The notes beneath the pieces are model-generated. The model was not told the origin of the DNA and did not search any database. It saw nothing but the letters and a program-made list of their open reading frames with translations. Both the position numbers and the translations under genes were made by a program. A stretch of DNA of 64,000 nucleotides from contig JBMNLH010000008.1 in the NCBI GenBank assembly GCA_050952625.1, positions 10,293 to 74,292 on the forward strand, read 5' to 3'. This document shows, piece by piece, positions 1 to 8,615 of this stretch (its first letter is position 1; each line of letters opens with the position of its first letter). Origin of the DNA: Bacillota bacterium (GTDB lineage Bacteria; Bacillota; Ch66; Ch109).

Positions 1-1165
1 GCAGGAAACAGGGGAAGCCACTATCGTCAAAGCACCCATACCTGCGCCCGTCATCAAAAAAAGTTTTGCCTCACCTTCCAGTGTGGCCCATGTAATGTAT
101 CAAAAATATGTCAATGGGATGCCCTTGTACCGGCAAGAGAAAGATTGGGCCAACCAGGGAGTAGCCCTTTCCCGTGCTACTTTGGCTAACTGGATTATTC
201 GTTCTGCCCATGACTGGCTATTACCCTTATGGGAAGAGATGAAATCCTATCTTCTCAAGCAAGCGGTTATTAATGCCGATGAAACCGTTATCCAAGTGCT
301 GAAAGAAGAAGGAAGAAAACCATCTTCACAATCCCGGATGTGGGTATACTGTTCAGGCAATACCGGTGCCCCACCGGTTAAACTTTATGAGTACCAACCC
401 ACCCGTTCAGGAGAACATGCCAGGCGATTTTTAACAGGTTTTACAGGTTACCTCCAGACAGACGGCTACAGTGGTTACAATAAAGTACCGGATGTAACCC
501 GGTGCGGCTGCTGGGCACACGTGAGGAGAAAATTTCAGGAGGCCATGCCGAGAAACGGCGACAAATCAGGCTCCGCTGCTGCGGTGGGATTTGACTATTG
601 CAATCAATTGTTTGCCATTGAAGAAGAATTAAAAGAGCTTACACCCGAGGAACGAAAAGGAAAGCGTCAGGAACGATCCAAACCTGTTCTTGAAGCTTAT
701 TGGTCATGGCTTAAAACCATAAATCCTCTACAAGGATCCAAACTTGGAGAAGCGGTGACCTATGCCCTCAACCAAAAAGATGCTCTTGAAACATTCCTTG
801 AAGACGGACGAATAGAGATATCCAACAACCGGGCAGAAAATGCTATCCGGCCCTTTGTCGTGGGAAGAAAAGCCTGGCTGTTTGCGGATACCAAAAAGGG
901 AGCTACCGCCAGCGCCATCGTTTACAGTATTGTGGAAACAGCCAAGGCCAATAACCTTAACGTTTATAGATATCTGACACATGTTTTCAGTAAAATGCCG
1001 GGCATGGATTTTAAAAGTGATCCATCCTTATTGCAGAATTTGCTGCCCTGGTCGTCCAAACTGCCGGATGATTGCAGGAACAAAATAAATTAATCGTACA
1101 AAACCGGAGAAGCCGAAAGGTCGCTCCGGCTTTTTGGTCAATGTACCTGATTATTGAGCGCTTAC
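1..1165 (+). mobile_element. IS66-family element (right part)
   Basis: TnpC ORF followed by terminal ...GAGCGCTTAC at 1165, the reverse complement of the IS66 GTAA end; left end lies outside the window. Confidence 0.9.
2..1093 (+). CDS. tnpC: IS66 transposase TnpC (5' partial)
   Basis: Frame open from base 2; motifs ADET, LQTDGYSGY, CWAHVRRKF, ISNNRAENAIRP. Confidence 0.95.
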   Translation, partial: QETGEATIVKAPIPAPVIKKSFASPSSVAHVMYQKYVNGMPLYRQEKDWANQGVALSRATLANWIIRSAHDWLLPLWEEMKSYLLKQAVINADETVIQVLKEEGRKPSSQSRMWVYCSGNTGAPPVKLYEYQPTRSGEHARRFLTGFTGYLQTDGYSGYNKVPDVTRCGCWAHVRRKFQEAMPRNGDKSGSAAAVGFDYCNQLFAIEEELKELTPEERKGKRQERSKPVLEAYWSWLKTINPLQGSKLGEAVTYALNQKDALETFLEDGRIEISNNRAENAIRPFVVGRKAWLFADTKKGATASAIVYSIVETAKANNLNVYRYLTHVFSKMPGMDFKSDPSLLQNLLPWSSKLPDDCRNKIN

Positions 1166-1636
1166 GGCTGGGGGTTCTTTATTGCGGAACTTTTTGCGAC
1201 AAATATGTTATAATTTACCTATAAGATCAATTGATTCTGACAAATCATGGGTGGTTCTTTAAGTGGGGAAGGGGGTCATGCCATGGCAGGAGATCGTTCT
1301 TATCTATTATGTTAGGAATAGGTTTTTTAATGAGTGCTACTTAGCTTTAGAAGGCCAAAAGTTCTAAAAGGTTTTTTCCAATTTTAGGTGGTCAGACCTA
1401 TCAGAGTTAAAAACCTTCTTTGATTCCATTTATACGCTTTTTGACGGGGTACCAGGCACGCCGGAAGACTGGTGCATTAAAAAACGCTGGCAGTAGAAAA
1501 AGGCGCCCGTGATTTGACACCCAACGCTGTTACAATAACAGTATGGGAAGCGGCTTGAGTTAGGAAATTGTAAACTATCCATATTTGTTGGGAAGCGACC
1601 GGTAAGCAAAACAAAAATATCCAGGGAGGTGGAAAA

Positions 1637-2278
1637 GTGACCGATACATTTAATGAGCATTTTTTGAAATGGGTTAATAACGCATGCGGTGAATGGAGTT
1701 ATCCTGAGCCTTCTAAAGCTTATTATGAAAAAGTGAACAAAAGAATACCTGAAGGTGTAAGAACCCTAATTGGTGAAGGAATTAAGCAAGACATTATACT
1801 CACTCATGGCCATAAATTTTTATTAAAAGGACTTACTCCAAATAAAGGCCCTTACAGCTGGTTTAGCAAAAATGATTCTGTCCGGGAGCCCAATCCGAAC
1901 TGGGAGTACTATATCCAGGTTGCCCTCTATGCCCAACTTTATTTTGCAGCTAAATCAAAAGAACTGACGCTCACTTTTGAAGACGACCTTATGGATCTGG
2001 CACTGTATAATGGAAACAAGCTTTTAGTGTGTATTGAAGTAAAAGAAAAAGCCGACCATATTCAGAAATTGATTTCAGGAATAAAAAAATACCAAAATGG
2101 AGTAGATTTTGTTTCTCCGGATAGGGGTAATGACCCTTTGCGTAAGGCGAAATACATAATAAATAGAAAGCCGGAATATTTTTGTGGATATTCCATAGGT
2201 GCAAGGTTTGACTTTAAAGTAGTATTTCCAAATAACAATACATTTAGGTTGGAGAAAGACATAATTCCATGGGTGTAA
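1637..2278 (+). CDS. hypothetical protein with PD-(D/E)XK nuclease-like motif
   Basis: GGAGG RBS before GTG; MDLALYNGNKLLVCIEVKEK resembles a D...E-x-K active site. Confidence 0.6.
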   Translation: MTDTFNEHFLKWVNNACGEWSYPEPSKAYYEKVNKRIPEGVRTLIGEGIKQDIILTHGHKFLLKGLTPNKGPYSWFSKNDSVREPNPNWEYYIQVALYAQLYFAAKSKELTLTFEDDLMDLALYNGNKLLVCIEVKEKADHIQKLISGIKKYQNGVDFVSPDRGNDPLRKAKYIINRKPEYFCGYSIGARFDFKVVFPNNNTFRLEKDIIPWV

Positions 2279-2325
2279 AGACTTACTTTGGCCAAGTCCG
2301 GATTCTTTGGAAGGGGGGAAATGGT

Positions 2326-2835
2326 ATGTCCAGAAGTATCAGTTTGTCCAAAACACAGCAATATTTGGATTGGCTTAAAACGAAATTATTTCTCGATTCA
2401 AATGCTGAAAGTGCAAAAAAGAGGGTTGTTAAGCGAGGCGAAGTTTATAAATGTAATCTAGGCATAGGTATTGGAAGTGAAGAGTCCAAAGAAAGACCAT
2501 GTGTGGTTTTGCAACGAGATAAGGCTAATTTGGAATCACCTAACACGATAGTGGCCCCGATAACTCATACTTCATCTACACTGCCTGTAGTTATACCAAT
2601 AAGTCCTAAATACAATAATTCTGGGGATGTTGTGCTAGAAGGGAATGTGTTATTAGGAAATATTGCTTGTGTAAGCAAGGCTCGATTAGGAGATTATGTC
2701 GCAAAATTGGAGCCCTCAGAAATGAGAGCTGTTGATGAAGCGATTGCAATTTCCTTGGATATTAAGGGGCACTATGATAAGTTGAATAATATACTTAATG
2801 ATAAACTAGTTTATATCGACAAGCTCAAAGATTAA
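2326..2835 (+). CDS. PemK/MazF-family toxin, C-terminus cut by IS256
   Basis: VKRGEVY...GIGSEESKERPCVVLQ...NTIVAPIT; ATG 2326 after AAGGGGGG; the stop codon lies within the IS256 IRL. Confidence 0.85.
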   Translation: MSRSISLSKTQQYLDWLKTKLFLDSNAESAKKRVVKRGEVYKCNLGIGIGSEESKERPCVVLQRDKANLESPNTIVAPITHTSSTLPVVIPISPKYNNSGDVVLEGNVLLGNIACVSKARLGDYVAKLEPSEMRAVDEAIAISLDIKGHYDKLNNILNDKLVYIDKLKD

Positions 2836-3983
2836 GTCTATATAATGGTGTAAAAAGAAGTTGAGCCAAAGCTCATACCTCGGTTAGAATATAAGTACCA
2901 CCAAATACCAAACCGAGGAGGATGAACCATGGCTCAGTTTAATATTACAATAACCGAAGAACTTTTGCACGGACTTTTTTTATCAAACGGCAGGGATGAA
3001 GCATTTTCCAAGCTATTAGAGGAAATCTTCAACCAGGTACTTTTAGCCCAATCTTCAGAACAGATAGGCGCTGAGCCCTATGAGAGAACTGAAGAAAGAA
3101 CCGCATACCGCAATGGGTTTCGAGATAGACAAATGACTACGCGAGTAGGTACACTTACATTGCGTGTCCCCAGGCATCGAAATGGACAGTTCTCTACAAA
3201 GCTTTTTGCTCGATACCAGCGCAGTGAACAAGCGTTGGTGCTGGCTATGATGGAGATGGTCATCAATGGTGTTTCCACTCGAAAAGTTGAACTAATTACT
3301 GAAGAGCTATGTGGAAAAAAGTTTTCAAAATCGACCATATCAGAGCTATGTAAGAACTTAGATCCAATAGTAGAAGCATTCCGTACAAGGCCCCTGCAAA
3401 GCTATTATCCCTTTGTCATGGTGGATGCCATCTATGTAAAGGTGCGGGAAAATGGACGTGTACAGTCAAGAGGTATGCTTATTGCCATTGCCGTTAACGA
3501 AGATGGCTATCGTGAAATCATCGGGTTTCAATTAGCCAACAGCGAATCAGAAAGCAGTTGGGGTGAGTTCTTTTCTTCACTCAAGGATCGTGGGCTAAAG
3601 GATGTTCGCCTGGTTACCTCTGATGACCATAAAGGGCTGGTTAATGCTGTTAGAAAACATTTTCAAGGTGCTAGCTGGCAGCGTTGTCAAACCCACTTTT
3701 CCAGGAACATACTGGATCATACGCCTAAAGCATTACAAACGGAAATTAAGGAAGAACTGCGCCAGCTTTATGAGGCTGTAGACCTTGAGAGTGCTCGTAA
3801 AATCAGAGACCGCATTATCCAAACATATGTGGTCAAAGCACCAAAAGCCACAGCTCTCCTGGACGAAGCATTTGATGATATTACTGCTGTTCTTGCGCTA
3901 CCCCTGAAGCGGCTTGAACCCCTATTATTGGAGAATATACACTTAAAGCTTAAGCTTACATGAAATATAACGTTTTACCTTGA

Positions 3984-4131
3984 GCAACCGCCCTTGACAT
4001 GGGGGCCCCTGGTGTCCGTGTTTCTTAGGGCCGGCCAGGGCCCGCTGCAGCTAATGCTTTTGCGGCCCTTTGCCAGGGATAGGCTAACACGGACACCCTC
4101 CCCATGTAAAGGGTCTTCGATGAACGGTTGC
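3984..4131 (-). other. long hairpin with sigmaA-like boxes (sso-like), copy in IS3
   Basis: CCCTTGACATGGGG/CCCCATGTAAAGGG and GGTGTCCGTGTT/AACACGGACACC arms; minus strand TTTACA-18-TAGCCT. Confidence 0.7.
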
Positions 4132-5084
4132 TAGGCGACCATTTTCTTCTCTGTAATCTGGTTGCTCATAACAGCTTCATAATATTTAGCAGGTGCCATG
4201 TACCCTATGCTGCCATGCCGGCGACGATTGTTGTAATAATCCATGTATTCGCTGATGACTCTGTATGCATCTGTAAAGCTGGTAAACTCATTTCTGCTAT
4301 AGCATTCATCTTCTAATATAGAATGAAAGGACTCAATATAGGCGTTCATATTAGGACTTTTAACTGGTATTCTTTCGTGAGTTAATTTCCATTTCCAGCA
4401 TGTCTCTTCAAATATTTTAGCGGTAAACTGCGGGCCATTATCAGTCCTTATTATTGGAAGTTCCATGCCAGGCTTTAAATTGCGTTTATTAAGCGAATTT
4501 ATAAGTACTGCGCAGGCATCCTTAGCTGTAGCACTTAATCCAAGGTGATAGTCAATTACTGAACGGTCAAACACGTCTATAAGGGATAATTGGAAGAAGA
4601 ACCTGCTCATACCCTCAATGTAACCATACTTCAGGTCCATTTGCCAGTGTTGGTTAGGGGCAGTTACTTCATCTCGCTTTGCCAGTTTTCTCGGCCGGTC
4701 TAGATATATTTTTCTCTGAGGACGCAATACGTTAAGTTCTTTACAGAGCCGGTATGTTTTCTTATGGTTTATGATAAGCTGGTAATCCTCTTTCAGGGTT
4801 GCGTTGATTTTTTTATAGCCATAAGGGAAACCATCCCCGGTAACTATCTCTTTAATATATTCCTTAATTAATTCGTCAGAGATTTGCTCACCTTCTAGAT
4901 TTAATGAGTACTCTGATATCTTGCGCCCCGGTTTCTTCTTTGGTAGTTCCTGGTTAATAGCACTTATAGTTTCTTTGATTTTATGATAGTAGGTGGATGA
5001 AGCCAAGCCGACAGAGCTAAGGACCAGAGAAGCTTTATAGCCCTTATCTATCCACCTTTTAGCTATGGTAACCCTGTCGGCTAC
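4131..5084 (-). CDS. IS3 OrfB (DDE integrase core), -1 frame to OrfA
   Basis: WQMDLKY, IRTDNGPQF, NAYIESFH, YYNNRRRHGS; frame open back to the OrfA stop. Confidence 0.92.
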   Translation of the reverse strand, partial: VADRVTIAKRWIDKGYKASLVLSSVGLASSTYYHKIKETISAINQELPKKKPGRKISEYSLNLEGEQISDELIKEYIKEIVTGDGFPYGYKKINATLKEDYQLIINHKKTYRLCKELNVLRPQRKIYLDRPRKLAKRDEVTAPNQHWQMDLKYGYIEGMSRFFFQLSLIDVFDRSVIDYHLGLSATAKDACAVLINSLNKRNLKPGMELPIIRTDNGPQFTAKIFEETCWKWKLTHERIPVKSPNMNAYIESFHSILEDECYSRNEFTSFTDAYRVISEYMDYYNNRRRHGSIGYMAPAKYYEAVMSNQITEKKMVA

Positions 5085-5392
5085 CGAGGGTTTTGGATAT
5101 CCCTTAACTCTCTTAAAATAGCCAACTCTAATTCTTTATCAGCCAGAAGGCGTTTTAGCCTGTCATTCTCAGTACTAACTTCTTTAAGCTGTTTTTCCAG
5201 AGCTTTTTGGCGGTCATCTTTAACTTTAGGCAGTCTCTTTATGGAGCCGTTTTTTCGATATTTACTTAACCAAGTATGAATTGTATTAGCCGACATTTCA
5301 TGCCTGCGAGCTACCAAGGCAACGTTACCTGTTTCCTGGCACTCTTTTATAATTAATTCCTTGAATTCATCGCTGTATTGCTTGCTTTTCAT
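5081..5392 (-). CDS. IS3 OrfA (HTH + coiled coil)
   Basis: YSDEFK...VARRHEMSANTIHTW; slippery A_AAC_CCT at 5093-5087 just before the stop. Confidence 0.92.
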   Translation of the reverse strand: MKSKQYSDEFKELIIKECQETGNVALVARRHEMSANTIHTWLSKYRKNGSIKRLPKVKDDRQKALEKQLKEVSTENDRLKRLLADKELELAILRELRDIQNPR

Positions 5393-5681
5393 GAAAATCT
5401 ACCCCCTACTATTATGTTAACGTATTACACGTGCTTTCTCCAAATTTATTAGGGGGCTAGATAGCTACAAACGGTGTGGAAAGGTTGAATGAGGAAATTC
5501 GTCGTCGAGAGCGGGTCATTCGAATCTTTCCCAATGCTGCATCCGTCATCCGGCTCATGGGGGCTCTATTAATAGAGCAGGATGAGAAATGGCAGACCGG
5601 CCGTAAATACTTTGATATGCAGCTGTACTATCAAGTGCAGAATAAGGAATCAAAGTCTGGCACTGCTGCATAGAAAACGCA

Positions 5682-5842
5682 TTTATTCCACGGTCTGTTG
5701 ACAATGAGCCTCCCATGGCATGTTTTCAGGCATCAGGGCCTTCCCCCTTATCTTTGAGGAGAAGTCTTGCGCCTGGGTGGTGATGCCCGGCCAACAGCCT
5801 AACATGCCATGTTCTCATCGTCAACTGCTTTCGCGGCATAAA
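5682..5842 (-). other. long hairpin with RS_B-like motif and sigmaA-like boxes (ssoA-like), copy in IS256 #1
   Basis: Minus strand TTTATGCCGCGAAA-gcag-TTGACG-17-TAGGCT; arms GTTGACAATGAG/CTCATCGTCAAC and CATGGCATGTT/AACATGCCATG. Confidence 0.7.
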
Positions 5843-6084
5843 AACGCTTAGGCTATTGTCTCATTAGCTACCGTTTGATAACCGAGGTAATTTACACACT
5901 AATTTGGACTTGACTTCGCATAGTCAAGTCCAAAATAGTGTGTAATTTCCTCGGCAACCTACGTAGTGAAGATTTTGTCCTATCTATGCAAACATCCGTT
6001 TTAATCCAAGAATGTAAATAATTAAGAATGGAGAATGGAAATTATCAATTTCTCTAAAAGGTAAAGCAATAACTTAAATCAAAA

Positions 6085-6240
6085 GGCCGTTTATCGGAGC
6101 AAAGCGAAGACCCTTTATCATGGAGGAGCAGCCCGTGTTAGCCTATCTAGGCAGAGGGGCGTGCCTCTAACAACAATCCACTGGCCCGCTGCCGCTTCTC
6201 CGAAACACGGGCTGTAGAGGCCTCCATGTCAAGGGCGGCC
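6085..6240 (+). other. long hairpin with sigmaA-like boxes (sso-like), copy in IS256 #2
   Basis: CCCTTTATCATGGAGG/CCTCCATGTCAAGGG and CAGCCCGTGTT/AACACGGGCTG arms; TTATCA-18-TAGCCT. Confidence 0.7.
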
Positions 6241-6280
6241 GTGTGATAATTTTAGGTACGTAGCGTCGAGAATGAACACA

Positions 6281-7492
6281 TTAAGCCACGGCTGAATTAT
6301 TGGAAGCTTTTTTTTGCAGCACTTGGTAGTACAGGTCCATATCAAAATATTTACGGCCTGTTTGCCATTTCTCGTCCTGTTCCATTAGTAGTGCACCCAT
6401 CAGCCGAATCACAGACTGTTCATTAGGAAAGATGCGAATAACCCGCTCACGACGCCGTATTTCCTGGTTGAGCCGTTCCACTCCGTTAGTGGTGCGTAGT
6501 CTTTTTCGGTACTTTAGTGGCAGGATTAAAACGGCGGTAATGTCATCAAATGCTTCATCCAAAAGACATACAGCTTTCGGTGCTTTGGATTCGTATTTGT
6601 TGATAATCTTATCCCGGGTATCTCGGGCACTTTCAATGTCAACTGCTTCATAGAGTTGTCGTAAATCTTCTTTGATTTCCGGCTGGTGTGACTTGGGTGT
6701 CTGGTCCAACATATTTCTGGAAAAATGGGTTTGACACCGCTGCCAGGTGGCTCCCTGAAAATGTTTCTGTATAGCATTTACCAGTCCTTTATGATTATCA
6801 GAAGTGATCAGGTGGACACTTTTTAGTCCTCGTTCTTCAAGAGAACCAAAGAGTTCACCCCAACTGCTTTCAGATTCAGTGTTAGCTACATGAAAACCGA
6901 TGATTTCACGACATCCTTCTTTGTTTACACCGATGGCGATTAAGAGCCCCCTGGACTGTACCCGGCTGTCTTCTCGCACTTTCAGGTAGAGGGCATCCAC
7001 TATTAAAAATGGATATTGGTTTTCCAGGGGTCTTGTCCGAAAGGTGTGAACTAATGGATCTAGTTTTTTACATAAAGCTGAGACTGTTGACTTGGAAAAT
7101 TTTTTGCCACAAAGCTCTTCAGTGATGGATTCGACTTTACGGGTAGAGACACCGTTGACCACCATTTCCATCATGGCCAGGACTAATGCCTGTTCGCTGC
7201 GCTGATAGCGTTCAAAGAGTTCTGTGCTAAATTTACCGTTCCGATGGCGGGGAACGCGTAAATGTATTGTTCCAACCCGGGTGGTCATCTGCCGTTCCCG
7301 AAAGCCGTTACGGTAGCCCAGCCGTTCATCTGTTCTTTCATATGGGGCGGCACCAATTTGTTCTGCTGACTGCTTTAAAAGTACTTGGTTGAAGATCTCC
7401 TCCAGTAGTTTGGAAAATGCTTCATCCCGACCATTTGAAACAAAAAGTCCGTGTAAATGTTCTTCGGTTAGGGTAATGTTAAACTGAGTCAT
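6281..7492 (-). CDS. IS256 (Mutator-type) transposase
   Basis: RNGFRER, VDALYLKVR, TSDNHKGL, WQRCQTHF, TTNGVERLN. Confidence 0.97.
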   Translation of the reverse strand: MTQFNITLTEEHLHGLFVSNGRDEAFSKLLEEIFNQVLLKQSAEQIGAAPYERTDERLGYRNGFRERQMTTRVGTIHLRVPRHRNGKFSTELFERYQRSEQALVLAMMEMVVNGVSTRKVESITEELCGKKFSKSTVSALCKKLDPLVHTFRTRPLENQYPFLIVDALYLKVREDSRVQSRGLLIAIGVNKEGCREIIGFHVANTESESSWGELFGSLEERGLKSVHLITSDNHKGLVNAIQKHFQGATWQRCQTHFSRNMLDQTPKSHQPEIKEDLRQLYEAVDIESARDTRDKIINKYESKAPKAVCLLDEAFDDITAVLILPLKYRKRLRTTNGVERLNQEIRRRERVIRIFPNEQSVIRLMGALLMEQDEKWQTGRKYFDMDLYYQVLQKKASNNSAVA

Positions 7493-7562
7493 GGATTCAT
7501 TCCTCCCTCGGTTTGGTATTTGATAGGCACTTATATCTTAACCGAGGAAATGAATTTATGGC

Positions 7563-8303
7563 TCATTTTGTTTTTACACCATTATACGGACTTGATCGGC
7601 TCGCATTATCTTTGAGCCACTTTCGCCAAATCGGGTAATCCGGCACATATTCCCCTACTAGGTTCCAAAACTCTGGTGCATGGTTCATATACCGAAGATG
7701 GGCCAACTCATGCACTACCAGGTAATCCAATACCTCGGCCGGGGCCAAGATAATCCGCCAGTTCAGGTTAATATTGCCCTTGCTTGAGCAACTGCCCCAT
7801 CTAGTTTTTTGATCCTTGATGACCAATCGGTTGTATTTCAACCCCATAATCCGGGCGAAATAATCTAACCGTTCCTGAAAAACTCGTTTCGCCTGAACCC
7901 GATACCATTTATGCAGTGACTCTCTCACAATTTGCGGCCAGTCTTCTTGAGGAACAATGTTAGGCAGCTCCACCCAAAAACAGTCGCCGGTGAATTTAAT
8001 GGTTATCGTTTTTCCAGCCACAACCCGGGTAGACAGCAGGCAACTTCGACCCTGATAAAGAAAAGTCTCGCCTGTCACATGCTTTTTCTGCTGCTGCTGG
8101 TTTTGGCTCCGCCAATCCAGGACGTGCTTGAGGATCCAATCTCTTTTTGCTTCCACAAATCTCTTTGCTTCCGTGACAGTTACTCCCTGAGGTACAGAAA
8201 CCGTCACCTTGTCCTGCTTAATTCGAATATTAAGTCTTTTGGCGCGAGTACTTCTTCTAACTTCATACTCGATTTTGGTATTATTAACAATCAAGTGCTC
8301 CAT
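7563..8303 (-). CDS. M48/YgjP (DUF45) metal-dependent hydrolase; last ~12 aa read from the IS256 end
   Basis: KTRWGSCS, YLVVHELAHL, NHAPEFW. Confidence 0.9.
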   Translation of the reverse strand: MEHLIVNNTKIEYEVRRSTRAKRLNIRIKQDKVTVSVPQGVTVTEAKRFVEAKRDWILKHVLDWRSQNQQQQKKHVTGETFLYQGRSCLLSTRVVAGKTITIKFTGDCFWVELPNIVPQEDWPQIVRESLHKWYRVQAKRVFQERLDYFARIMGLKYNRLVIKDQKTRWGSCSSKGNINLNWRIILAPAEVLDYLVVHELAHLRYMNHAPEFWNLVGEYVPDYPIWRKWLKDNASRSSPYNGVKTK

Positions 8304-8615
8304 ACCACAGTCCTCATAATGTGTTTGTTTCGCTAACAGAATCTCAGGGAGACTCTAAAAGCCATCTCTAAGACTATCCGCATCAACCCGGTCAAACCCC
8401 CAGCTTTTCCATTGCCACCAAGTAATCGATTCAGCAGCCGGTTCCGCAGTGGGTGCTTTTCGGTCCCGAATTCCGGCCAACCAGTTCCGCTCCTCCTTGA
8501 CCACCAGTTCATTTTTCCCATCCTGATTTATGTCTTTGACCTCCAGGGCTTGAATCGGCCGGTCCAGGGTCGAGGAAAACCAAACCGGTTTCATCTTACC
8601 CCGGATCAGGTTTAA

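Larger units (their letters stand above)
3910..5464 (-). mobile_element. IS3-family element (ends approximate, IS2-like IRs)
   Basis: orfA/orfB pair; imperfect IRs CGGCTTGAACCCCTATTATTGGAG and CTATCTAGCCCCCTAATAAATTTGGAG. Confidence 0.85.
2929..5673 (+). pseudogene. IS256 transposase split by IS3 (2929-3909 + ~5465-5673)
   Basis: Both halves align with the intact paralogue at 6281-7492 (..LPLK / TNGVERLNEEIRRRERVIRIFPN). Confidence 0.92.
2830..5915 (+). mobile_element. IS256-family element #1 (interrupted by IS3)
   Basis: IRL GATTAAGTCTATATAATGGTGTAA; IRR TTACACACTAATTTGGACTTGACT; ends match element #2. Confidence 0.9.
5922..7597 (-). mobile_element. IS256-family element #2 (intact)
   Basis: IRR AGTCAAGTCCAAAATAGTGTGTAA at 5922; IRL TTACACCATTATACGGACTTGATC ending at 7597. 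Confidence 0.92.

Noticed and set aside
1283-1335. Short ORF with an RBS after the IS66 end
   Set aside because: Stops after 10 codons with further stops following; at most an unidentifiable relic
5730-5745. Hammerhead ribozyme (CTGATG...GAAA on the minus strand)
   Set aside because: The CUGANGA core is incomplete and absent from the two sibling hairpins
3984-6240. IS hairpins as integron attC sites (GTTAGGC/GCCTAAC-like cores)
   Set aside because: The geometry is inverted (GTT on the 5' arm with the RRRY part inside the hairpin), and there are no L boxes, cassettes or integrase
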